NCBI GenBank assembly: GCA_963728765.1
Contig: CAVSKX010000004.1
Span: 470,137 to 534,136 of the forward strand
Reading direction: 5' to 3'
Length of the DNA: 64,000 nucleotides
DNA from: an uncultured Actinomycetes bacterium
GTDB taxonomy: Bacteria > Actinomycetota > Thermoleophilia > Gaiellales > Gaiellaceae
Shown: positions 56,630-64,000 of the stretch, in pieces
Layout: each line of letters opens with the position of its first letter
How positions within the stretch are numbered: the first letter of the stretch is position 1
Notes under the pieces: generated by a model
The model's input: only the letters and a program-made list of their open reading frames with translations
Database searches by the model: none
Told to the model about the DNA's origin: nothing
Made by a program: the position numbers and the translations under genes

Positions 56630-58435
56630 TTAAACCGCGTCTAGCGGCTGCGGGCCGACCGGCTCGAGCTCGAACAGCAGCTGGCCGAACTCGACCGGCT
56701 CCGCATTGCCAACGTGGATCGCGTGCACGATCCCGGCCGCGTCCGCCTTGATCTCGTTCATCAGCTTCATCGCCTCGAGAATGCAGAGCGTCTGTCCGGG
56801 TGCGACGGTGTCGCCCTCCTCGACGAACGCCGGTGCGCCCGGCTGAGGCGCGCGGTAGAAGACGCCGACCATCGGGGCCTCGATCCGCACGAAGCCGTCC
56901 GTGGGCGGGGTCGGAAGCGGCAGCAGCTCGTCGTCCCCCTCGCCGCCGAGCGGCGCGAGCTGTGGCTCGAGCGGCTCGGGCGTGCGGCGGACGGAGACGC
57001 GCATGCCCGCCTCCTCGATCGTCACCTCGCCGACCCCCGACTCCTGGACGATGCGGACGATCTCGCGGATCCGCTCGGCCCGCGCCTGGTCGACGCCGCT
57101 TGCGATGAGGCTGTCGTCGCCGCTCGCGCGGCCGCGGATCGCGCCCAGCAGCGGTTCGGCCTCCTCGCCGAAGAGCGCCAGCAGCAGCAGCTCTTCCTCG
57201 CTCGAGGCAAGGCCCTTGGCCTCGTCGCGCAGCGAGTCGAGGTCGACCGGCGCCTCCTCCTCGGGCGCGCCGCCCGAGAGCGCAACCGCACGCTGCACCG
57301 TCGCGTCGATCGGGCCCGGCGGGCTGCCGTAGCGGCCTTCGATCAGGGCGCGCAACTCGTCGACGACGGTCTGGTAGCGGCTCGCCGAAAGCACGTGCAG
57401 GAGCGCTTGCGAGCCGAGGATCTGACCGATCGGCGAGGCGATCGGCGGCCAACCCACCTCCTCGCGGATCCGCGCGAGCTCGTCGAGCACCTCGTCGAGC
57501 CGATCGCCGGCCGCCAGTGCGCGCAGGTGCGAGTCGAGCGCGCCGACGAGCCCCGGCGGAACCTTGTGCTCGGCCGCGCGCACCGCGATTCGTGGCGCCA
57601 ACGGCGTCACCGGCTCGTCGCCGATGTGCTCGTCCACGAGCTCCGACGCGCGCCAGAGCGCGTCCACGTCGACCCCGGTGTCCATCCCGAGCCCGGCAAG
57701 TGCGGTCGCGAGCGCCTCGCCGGAGATGCGGTGGACGGTGAGCGCGACGGGGTAGACCGCGCAGGCGACGAGGTCGGCGCCGGCGCGCGACGCCTCGAGC
57801 CCGGCCGCGAGGGCGTTGCCGCCCGCGCCCTGGCAGTACAGGCCGACCGGCAGCCCGCTCGCTTCGGCGAGCGTCCCGACGAGCTCTTGTGCGCGCTGGG
57901 GCTGCAGCGAGCTCGACGGGTCGTGCAGCAGCACGCGCGCAGCCCCGAGCTCTGGGAGCTTGCGCGCCTGCTCGACCAGCGCCTCCGTCTCGTTCGTGTA
58001 ACCGGAACCGAAGACGAGCCCGGCGTCGAACTCCTTGCCCGCCGACGTGATCGCCTGGCCCGCCTCGCGCAGGTTCTCGACGTCGTTCAGCGGATCGTGG
58101 AGGCGGAAGACCTCGATCCCACTCTCGGCGGCGGAGGCCACGAAGCGGCTCACGAACTCGCCGCCGACCGGCCGCGAGCCGACGAGAAAGCGGCCGCGCA
58201 ACGCCATCGCGAGCGGCGTCTCCGTCCGCTCGTTGAGCGCGCGGATCCGCTCCCACGGGCTCTCGACGCCACGGCGGACCGAGGTGTCGAAGACGCCGCC
58301 GCCGGAGATCTCGAGGTAGGCGAACCCGGCCCTGTCGAGGATATCCGCGAGCCGCAGCAGCTCGGCGGTCGGCATCCGCGCGGCGAGCGGCTCCTGGCTC
58401 AGCAGCCGGATTGTCGTGTCGACGAGCGCTGGCAC
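56630..58435 (-). CDS. Fusion of an OadA/PycB/5S-type carboxyltransferase-like TIM-barrel domain (catalytic residues substituted) with a biotin carboxyl carrier domain
   Basis: 601 aa. N-terminus: LVDTTIRLLSQEPLAARM ... FRLHDPLND ... PVGLYCQGAGGNA. C-terminus: EAPMVGVFY ... CILEAMKLMNEI (biotinyl-Lys motif). Sits immediately upstream of accC, in the accB position. Confidence 0.8.
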   Translation of the reverse strand: MPALVDTTIRLLSQEPLAARMPTAELLRLADILDRAGFAYLEISGGGVFDTSVRRGVESPWERIRALNERTETPLAMALRGRFLVGSRPVGGEFVSRFVASAAESGIEVFRLHDPLNDVENLREAGQAITSAGKEFDAGLVFGSGYTNETEALVEQARKLPELGAARVLLHDPSSSLQPQRAQELVGTLAEASGLPVGLYCQGAGGNALAAGLEASRAGADLVACAVYPVALTVHRISGEALATALAGLGMDTGVDVDALWRASELVDEHIGDEPVTPLAPRIAVRAAEHKVPPGLVGALDSHLRALAAGDRLDEVLDELARIREEVGWPPIASPIGQILGSQALLHVLSASRYQTVVDELRALIEGRYGSPPGPIDATVQRAVALSGGAPEEEAPVDLDSLRDEAKGLASSEEELLLLALFGEEAEPLLGAIRGRASGDDSLIASGVDQARAERIREIVRIVQESGVGEVTIEEAGMRVSVRRTPEPLEPQLAPLGGEGDDELLPLPTPPTDGFVRIEAPMVGVFYRAPQPGAPAFVEEGDTVAPGQTLCILEAMKLMNEIKADAAGIVHAIHVGNAEPVEFGQLLFELEPVGPQPLDAV

Positions 58436-58441
58436 GCGGGG

Positions 58442-58447
58442 AGCCTA
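58442..58447 (-). promoter_or_regulatory. Candidate -10 box (TAGGCT) 6 nt upstream of the GTG at 58435; leaderless
   Basis: Minus strand reads GCGC-TAGGCT-CCCCGC-GTG. Confidence 0.35.
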
Positions 58448-58831
58448 GCGCCGCGCGCCGGAGGCCGTGCGAGGCGCGCGGACCGCGGCCGTGGTGTGGA
58501 TATCCGCACCGCAAGACACCGGGTAATCACATCCCGTAGCGGACACGAGCATGCGACTCTTGGCGAGAGGCACGAACCCAGGGGAGCTCTGATGGACGCA
58601 CGCGAGGCCCAATTCGACACACGAAGAGGTCTCTCGGAGAGCGTGCTGCCACGCGCGCGTGCGTCGAAGCGCCACGCGGGGCGCCGCGAAGCCTCTCCGG
58701 CGAAACATTTGCACGGTCGCGTCGTCGGAAGCACTTCGCCTCGCTCTGCGAAGGCAGGCCATCGGTCGCTAGCCGAGGTGCCGCTGGGAGCGCAACCGTG
58801 TCACCCGGGCGAGATCAAGCAGACTCGTGAG

Positions 58832-59230
58832 CTACTCGGTGCGCTGGGCGAAGACCCAGACCTGGCCCTCGGGATCCGTCGCAGTGAACCGGCGGTCTCC
58901 CACAGGCGCCGTCTCCAATTCAGTGACGTCGGCACCGGCGGCCCGTGCCTGCTCATGTAGAGCATCGACGTCATCGACGTAGAAGTGGATCAATACCGAC
59001 GGATACGCGTCCAACCGCCTGGGGCTCTTGAAACTCTCTCCGGCTTGGCCGAGCATCACCAATCCGTCCTCGCCGAGTACCAGTTCTCTATGAATTCGTC
59101 CCTCGCCGCCCGTCTGCTCGAGGCGCTGAACGAAACCGAACGCCCTCGTCAGATACTCGACGGCCTTGCTTGCGTCCTCGTACAACAGGTACGGGCAGAC
59201 GCGCGTATAGCCCGGCGGCGGGGTCCGCAT
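58832..59230 (-). CDS. VOC / glyoxalase-bleomycin resistance family protein
   Basis: Starts at M30 of ORF 58832..59317 (MRTPPPGYTRVCPYLLYEDASKAVEYLTRAFGF ...). Confidence 0.75.
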   Translation of the reverse strand: MRTPPPGYTRVCPYLLYEDASKAVEYLTRAFGFVQRLEQTGGEGRIHRELVLGEDGLVMLGQAGESFKSPRRLDAYPSVLIHFYVDDVDALHEQARAAGADVTELETAPVGDRRFTATDPEGQVWVFAQRTE

Positions 59231-59340
59231 CAGGCTTGGCGTTCCCCGCCGTGCGACCTGGTAACCACAGTGTCGCCTGGGCCGGCGTGCGGGAACGAAG
59301 CTTGAGCGTGCCCGCAAGCCATTCTCCCGGCTAGGTTCAG

Positions 59341-59880
59341 ATGATGGCCTCGCCTCCGCGCGCCGTTGAGACCGAACGGCTACGTCTCGTGCCCTGGAGC
59401 GATGCCTATTCGGACCGGTTCGCCGATCTATGTGCGGATGCGGAGGCGATGCGTTTCATCAGCCGAGGCAGGCCACTACCACGGGCCGTTGTCGATGAGA
59501 TCCTGCGGCGAACGCGAGAGATGTGGGAGCAGCACGGCTTCGGGCCCTGGGCTGCACTTGAGAAGGGCAGTGGTCGCTGGATAGGGCGCATTGGATTGAA
59601 CTTGCTCGATGACTGGCCGGGTGCGGACAAGTGGGAGGTCGGGTTCGAGCTTGTTCCTGCCGCATGGGGACAGGGGTACGCGACGGAGGGTGCTCGTCGC
59701 ACGATCCGCTTCGCCTGGAACGAGACGCCATTGACGCGGATCATCTGCGTCACCGTCCCCGACCATCTCGCCTCACGAAGAGTCATGGAGAAGTCGGGCA
59801 TGACGCTCCAAGGCGAGCTCGCCTTCAGGGAAACGACGGTCGTCTGGTACGCGATCGATTGTCCTTCGTCGCGGCGATAA
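59341..59880 (+). CDS. GNAT N-acetyltransferase (RimJ/RimL-like)
   Basis: 179 aa: ETERLRLVPW ... WEVGFELVPAAWGQGYATEGAR ... ASRRVMEKSGM. Confidence 0.8.
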   Translation: MMASPPRAVETERLRLVPWSDAYSDRFADLCADAEAMRFISRGRPLPRAVVDEILRRTREMWEQHGFGPWAALEKGSGRWIGRIGLNLLDDWPGADKWEVGFELVPAAWGQGYATEGARRTIRFAWNETPLTRIICVTVPDHLASRRVMEKSGMTLQGELAFRETTVVWYAIDCPSSRR

Positions 59881-59960
59881 ACGCGGCGACGTGGGCCGGC
59901 GTTGCGGAATGTGACCCGAGCGTGAGCCTGGTGCCCGCGGAGTTTGTCTGCATTACCGGG

Positions 59961-60473
59961 CTAGGTGACGCCCAGTGCTTCGTAGGTTGGGAAGAGCTCG
60001 TTCCAGCGGGCCTCGACGTTGCGGAGCTCGCGACCGCTGATGTAGTCGGCCAGGTGCTCGACGTGAATTTGGATCCCCGCGCCGTAGGCTGGGAGCAGGT
60101 TGACGGGCATGCCCCGGTTTTCCCAGACCAGCCTGGTCTGAGCGCCCTCGGCAATCAGCTGGGCCTCGATGACAGTCTGCTCCGGCTGGCCGGGCCGAGG
60201 ATCGGGATCGCGCATCGTCAACAGCAGGCGCTGCGGAGGCTCGCACGCCTCCACCTGCCCTGTGCGCTCTCCTGCGAGGGCGATGCGCACACGGAACTCG
60301 CCCCCCTGAGAAAGCTCGCCCTCTACCTCGCCGTACCAGTGGGCGAGTCGATCGGGATCGGTGAGTGCTCCCCAGAGGTCATCGATCCCAGTGTCGAGGC
60401 GATCTTCCATCCGCACGACGCCCTCGCCATCGACTGAATGGAGACTCCCCAGAACGGACGCATCGCCAGTCAT
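59961..60473 (-). CDS. SRPBCC protein of the AHSA1 (Aha1-like) type
   Basis: 170 aa: IDDLWGALTDPDRLAHWYG pattern. GGAGGA lies 6 nt upstream of the ATG. Confidence 0.75.
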   Translation of the reverse strand: MTGDASVLGSLHSVDGEGVVRMEDRLDTGIDDLWGALTDPDRLAHWYGEVEGELSQGGEFRVRIALAGERTGQVEACEPPQRLLLTMRDPDPRPGQPEQTVIEAQLIAEGAQTRLVWENRGMPVNLLPAYGAGIQIHVEHLADYISGRELRNVEARWNELFPTYEALGVT

Positions 60474-60623
60474 CTAGATCCTCCTCTATACGCGTCTTCC
60501 TTTGGTCTCGATGAGGCGGAACGTTCGGCCGCTGCGCCCACCGTCGATGCTCAGACGAAAGAGTGGCCACGAAGTCATCGGACATCGCGTAGGCGCTCCC
60601 GTCGATGCGCCAGGAGGCGGAGG

Positions 60624-60715
60624 GTCGCCTGGGCCAGTGATGCTTCTATAACTGTCAAGCCGTCATTGGCGCGTGCTCGAGGAGTCGGTAGAGGCCCTGA
60701 GCATCCCGGATCAGG
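60624..60715 (-). mobile_element. Remnant of an IS110-family element (transposase-distal end plus the last ~20 codons)
   Basis: Reverse translation of 60655-60715 gives ...LIRDAQGLYRLLEHAPMTA*, matching the C-termini of the two IS110 transposases. It is followed by GTCGCCTGGGCCAGTGATGCTTCTATAACTG, homologous to 61365-61390. Confidence 0.6.
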
Positions 60716-61292
60716 CGGCACGCGGATGCCTCCAGACGACAGCCTTCCGCTTCGAATCTGCGGGTGTCACCGTCTCTGTCGGCGTCGCACCGAGTCTCTG
60801 CGCGACACGCTGGGACCGGAGGTTGTCCGGCGAGATCAGAGACACAAGCTGGTCGATGGATCGACGCTCATATGCCCACTTCCGGATGCCAGCGGCTGCC
60901 TCGGTCGCATATCCGTTGCCCCAGTGGGCGCGGCGCAAGGCCCAGCCAAGCTCAGGCTGAGCATGATTTCCGGCGGTTGCCCAGGTCGAGGGCGTCCAGT
61001 CGCGCGTGTCGAAGATCATGAGACCAGCTTGGCCGACCACCTGCCGGTCGTTCCCCGTGGTCGCAAGAAGGAAGGCACCGAGCCCGTCGGCTCGCCAACC
61101 GCCGATCATCCCTTCTTCGATCATGGCTCGGACGTCCTCGACGACTGAGACGGGCTCTTTGCCTAACCCCTGCATGACCTCGGCGTCCGCAAACAGGTCG
61201 TACAGAGCTTCCGCGTCACGTGCAGCGGGAACGCGGAGGCAAAGCCTGTCCGTGTAGAGGCGGAGCCGCTCCCACGAATTGTCACGGGCCAC
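60711..61292 (-). CDS. GNAT N-acetyltransferase (RimJ/RimL-like)
   Basis: 193 aa: TDRLCLRVPA ... ELGWALRRAHWGNGYATEAA ... RSQRVAQRLG. Its last codons overlap the IS remnant. Confidence 0.8.
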   Translation of the reverse strand: MARDNSWERLRLYTDRLCLRVPAARDAEALYDLFADAEVMQGLGKEPVSVVEDVRAMIEEGMIGGWRADGLGAFLLATTGNDRQVVGQAGLMIFDTRDWTPSTWATAGNHAQPELGWALRRAHWGNGYATEAAAGIRKWAYERRSIDQLVSLISPDNLRSQRVAQRLGATPTETVTPADSKRKAVVWRHPRAA

Positions 61293-61386
61293 GCCGAGAC
61301 GCTACCCAGAGCGGCAAACGCAGCTAGTGCGATTGCAAGCTCGCTCGTGTCCGCGCTTCCACTAGTCGCCTGGGCCAGTGTTGCTC

Positions 61387-62394
61387 CTATGTCAATGAGG
61401 GCTCACTCTTCAGCGTCGTGTAGACAGTGCGAGCCAGCTGACGCTTGAGGCAGCGGAGCGCCTCGCGCCGGCTCTTGCCCTCGCCCTGCTTGCGCTCCAG
61501 GTAGGCGCGCGCCGGGGCGTAGACGCGGCCCTGAGTGATCGCTATCCGGTGCAGGGCACAGTTCAGCTGGCGGTTGCCGCCGCGGTCGAGCCGGTGCCGT
61601 CGCTGCTTGCCCGAGCTGGCCTCTAGCGGCGCGACGCCGGCGTGGCGGGCGAGCCGGGCGTCGCTTCCGAAGCGCTCGATCGGGCCGATCTCGCAGAGCA
61701 GCTTTGCGGCGCTCAGCGGGCCGCAGCCAGGCAGCTCGAGCAGCCGCGGGGCGAGCGTCTGCGTCCGCGCCGCCAGCTCGTGCTCGAGGGCGACGATCTC
61801 GCGCGTCGAGGCGCGGCAACGGCCGAGTAGCTGACGGGCGATCCGCACCTGGGTCGTCTGCTCGCGGCGGGCGAGCCAGCGGCCGAGCCGCTCCAGCCAG
61901 AGGGCTCGGTCGAGTGCCCCCAGCGGCACCACTAGCGTTGGGTCGAGCTCGTGCAGGTGCCAGCGCAGGCGCTGCTGGGCTCGTCGTCGCTCGGCGACCA
62001 GGTCGTCGCGGTGGTCGAGCAGCAGCTTCAGCTCCCGCAGGCGCTCCTCGCCGGCCCGTGGCCGGTCGAGGTCGGGTTCCTGCAGCGCAGCGCGGGCGAT
62101 CGCGAGCGCGTCGAGCGCGTCCGACTTGCCGCGCGTGCGGCCGCGCCGGCGCTGGGGCGCCGTCAGCCGCGGCGGCACCCGCACCAGCTGCTCGCCGGCC
62201 TCGAGCAGCAGCCGCTCGAGGCTGCGGCTGACGTGGCGACAGTCCTCGAGCGCCCACTGCCGTTCGCCCAAGGGCGCCCAGCTCAGCAGCGCGGCCTCGA
62301 CCGGACCGCTCCAGCTCGAAAGCTCGCGCCCGAGCTCGTCGACAGCCACCGCCGTCAGCTCGTGCTTGTGCACGTCCACCCCGATCACGATCAT
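61387..62394 (-). CDS. IS110-family DEDD transposase/recombinase
   Basis: IVIGVDVHKHELTAVAVDE (RuvC-like DEDD N-terminus) ... LLELPGCGPLSAAKLLCEIG ... HAGVAPLEASSGKQRRHRLDRGGNRQLNCALH (Tnp_20 domain). AGGAGG lies 8 nt before ATG 62394. Confidence 0.9.
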   Translation of the reverse strand: MIVIGVDVHKHELTAVAVDELGRELSSWSGPVEAALLSWAPLGERQWALEDCRHVSRSLERLLLEAGEQLVRVPPRLTAPQRRRGRTRGKSDALDALAIARAALQEPDLDRPRAGEERLRELKLLLDHRDDLVAERRRAQQRLRWHLHELDPTLVVPLGALDRALWLERLGRWLARREQTTQVRIARQLLGRCRASTREIVALEHELAARTQTLAPRLLELPGCGPLSAAKLLCEIGPIERFGSDARLARHAGVAPLEASSGKQRRHRLDRGGNRQLNCALHRIAITQGRVYAPARAYLERKQGEGKSRREALRCLKRQLARTVYTTLKSEPSLT

Positions 62395-62400
62395 TGACAT

Positions 62401-62696
62401 CGCCTCCTAGCGTTGAGGGGCGACCGGCGAGCGGACAGGCCTCAATCGAGGCAGCTGCCAAGCTCCTATCAGGTCACGCTCGGCGGTCTCGGGAAGGCGG
62501 CGGCGACACAACGCTGGCAAGTCAGCTCTCGGGCGACATGCGGGAATCGGGTCAGCCGCCGCCGCCCGAGTCTGCGCCGCTTAACGGACGCCACCACCCG
62601 CCGAGGATGACATTGAGTGCGGGAATGTCACTCGACCGGAGGCATCAACTCGGCCCGGGCCTGCTGTGCTGAGCGCGTTACCCTTAGGCTCAGCTC
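62401..62696 (-). ncRNA. Candidate bridge-RNA-encoding non-coding end of the IS110 element
   Basis: 296 bp without credible ORFs, upstream of the recombinase gene. It contains several hairpins and three 10-12 nt segments identical to sequences at the transposase-distal ends of the IS copies. Confidence 0.3.
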
Positions 62697-63227
62697 ATGT
62701 CGCGATTAGTACTAGGTGCCGTCGGACTCTTGGCCACCGCAGCCGTCACGACCGCTCATGGTTCTGGTCGCGCTGGCCCGGCGGCGTACAGCGTGGTCGG
62801 TCGGCAGGCTCAAGAGGTGGCGGTGACGATCCGGTTCGTTAACGCCTTCAATGCTCACAACCTGAAGCAAGCCGTTGCGACCTTCTCGCAGAACGCTAAC
62901 GCGAGCGACTGCGACTACAGTCACGTCCACGTCGTGCTCCTCAGCGGAAAGAGGGCGATTGCTGCCTGGCTGAGGAAGCGGTTCGCGGACGACGATCACC
63001 TCGGGATCGCACGGGTCTTCAATGAGAACACAGCGCAGGCCGTAGGGGTGCTAGGCATCGACTGGTCCCTTAGGACGAGCAAGACGCTCCGAAGGCTTGG
63101 GTTCCCGCGCGGAATCGTGCCGCAAGTAGTCGCGAAGGTCGTCTTCACGCCCGGATTTCCGCCTCGGATCCGAGCGTTCGCCAACGGCCCTGGCGGCGGC
63201 GACCGGAGCATTTGCCGACCGCGGTAG
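62697..63227 (+). CDS. Secreted hypothetical protein (possibly an NTF2/SnoaL-like fold)
   Basis: Signal peptide MSRLVLGAVGLLATAAVTTAHG. The FVNAFNAHNLKQAVATFSQNA pattern is the basis for the fold guess. More A/T-rich codons than the core genes. Lies between two IS110 copies. Confidence 0.6.
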   Translation: MSRLVLGAVGLLATAAVTTAHGSGRAGPAAYSVVGRQAQEVAVTIRFVNAFNAHNLKQAVATFSQNANASDCDYSHVHVVLLSGKRAIAAWLRKRFADDDHLGIARVFNENTAQAVGVLGIDWSLRTSKTLRRLGFPRGIVPQVVAKVVFTPGFPPRIRAFANGPGGGDRSICRPR

Positions 63228-63272
63228 GGGCTCTCCCTACCTGATCCCTTCCGCCCAGGTGGAAGCGGTCTT

Positions 63273-64000
63273 GTCTGGGCCAGCAGTGCGGGAATGAAGC
63301 TCCTATGACCTGTCAAGCCATCAGCGGCTCCTGGTTCTCTAGCAGCCGGTAGAGGCGACGGGCGAGGTAGCGCTTCACCAGCCGAGTGGCCTCGCGGAGG
63401 CTTTTGCCCTCGGCGACCCGGCGAGCGATGTAGTCGCGGGTTTGAGGGTCGTGCTGTCGGCGGTGAAGCACGATCGTATGCAGCGCCCGGTTGAGCTGAC
63501 GATCGCCACCGCGGCTGAGCCGATGCCGCGTGGTCTGGCCGCTCGAGGCCGGTATCGGTGCGACGCCGGCGAGGCGTGCGAAGCAGGCTTCGGAGCGCAG
63601 TCGGCCGCGGTGGGACCAGGCGACGAGGACTTGGGCGGCGACGACAGGCCCGATGCCGGGTTCATCGAGCAGGGCTGGCGAGAGCGCCCGGACGTGGGCG
63701 AGCAGCTCGTGCTCGAGCTCGTCGGCTTCGGCCGTTGCAGCCTGGACGCGGCGTGCGAGGCTGCGCAAGACAAGCCGGGTCGCGAGCTCGTCCGGCGGGC
63801 CCGACGTCGTACGACGTAGGCGACTGCAGCGGTCGAGCAGCTTGCCGGCCGGAAGCCCGTGTAGCTCCTCGCGGAGCCGCTCGGGCGCAGTGACGATCAC
63901 CGCGCGGAGCTGGGTGAGCGCCTCGCGGCGGACGTCGACGGCGGTACGCCGGGCGACGAGTAGCAGCCGCAGCGCCTCGCGCCGCTCGCCCGCTCGGGGC
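63273..64000 (-). mobile_element. Second IS110-family element, running off the window end
   Basis: The shared end motif GTCTGGGCCAG starts at 63273. The transposase ORF continues in frame to position 64000. Confidence 0.7.
63313..64000 (-). CDS. IS110-family transposase; N-terminus beyond the window end
   Basis: ORF 63313..63900 stays open upstream to 63999 (PRAGERREALRLLLVARRTAVDVRREALTQLRAVIVTAPE ...). C-terminal Tnp_20 motifs: LAGVAPIPASSGQTTRHRLSRGGDRQLNRALH. Confidence 0.85.
   Translation of the reverse strand, partial: PRAGERREALRLLLVARRTAVDVRREALTQLRAVIVTAPERLREELHGLPAGKLLDRCSRLRRTTSGPPDELATRLVLRSLARRVQAATAEADELEHELLAHVRALSPALLDEPGIGPVVAAQVLVAWSHRGRLRSEACFARLAGVAPIPASSGQTTRHRLSRGGDRQLNRALHTIVLHRRQHDPQTRDYIARRVAEGKSLREATRLVKRYLARRLYRLLENQEPLMA

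Larger units (their letters stand above)
61365..62696 (-). mobile_element. IS110-family insertion sequence (approximate bounds)
   Basis: Complete DEDD-type transposase gene, a short 3' end shared with the other copies from 61365, and a 296-bp non-coding 5' end. Confidence 0.7.

Noticed and set aside
58399-58762. ORFs 58399..58734 (-) and 58445..58762 (-) in the 400-bp gap upstream of the BCCP-fusion gene.
   Set aside because: Arg/Cys-rich with no motifs, mutually overlapping, with no SD or -10 context and atypical codon bias. The gap is treated as non-coding.
60379-60585. 68-aa ORF upstream of the AHSA1-type gene, as a possible ArsR-like regulator remnant.
   Set aside because: No HTH motif is recognisable. 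It overlaps the well-supported AHSA1 start (GGAGGA plus ATG 60473) in another frame.

Overview
High-GC bacterial chromosome segment. GC was judged by eye, not computed. Gene content and order suggest a deep-branching actinobacterium-like organism with Firmicute-like synteny; that is inference only. I call about 75 protein genes, and more than 80 percent are on the minus strand. Most are housekeeping operons: the tail of the division cluster (pgeF-yggS-sepF-yggT-divIVA ... lspA-rluD); murA; an SOS mutasome (imuB-dnaE2) with two LexA boxes; ppdK and its regulator PDRP; recO-glyQ-glyS; mutM; deoA-deoB; ald; pyrG ... steA-recN-nadK-tlyA; and ispA-xseB-nusB-asp23-accC. From about 58.4 kb to the end there is an accessory patch with VOC, GNAT and SRPBCC genes and three IS110-family copies (one complete, one running off the window, one remnant). 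I saw no rRNA, tRNA or CRISPR. The most unusual signals are non-coding. (1) At least five bipartite, promoter-like intergenic elements share a conserved 14-mer, a non-conserved 11-nt spacer, a TANNNT box and a G-rich box; four of them point antisense to all neighbouring genes. (2) A two-hairpin repeat family forms a 62-63 bp tandem array between sepF and yggT, with single copies elsewhere. (3) A mer-type operator/promoter drives a MerR-DUF1835 fusion gene. (4) The long non-coding end of the IS110 element probably encodes a bridge RNA. Coding oddities: two apparent pseudo-enzymes (an IGPD-like protein and a carboxyltransferase-BCCP fusion, both lacking catalytic ligands), a frame-broken rhomboid gene, and a decayed PD40-repeat remnant. 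I found no obvious multi-gene defence or secretion system. All family assignments come from motif recognition by eye, and no searches were run. Coordinates of short motifs were anchored to ORF-track coordinates but may be off by 1-2 nt.
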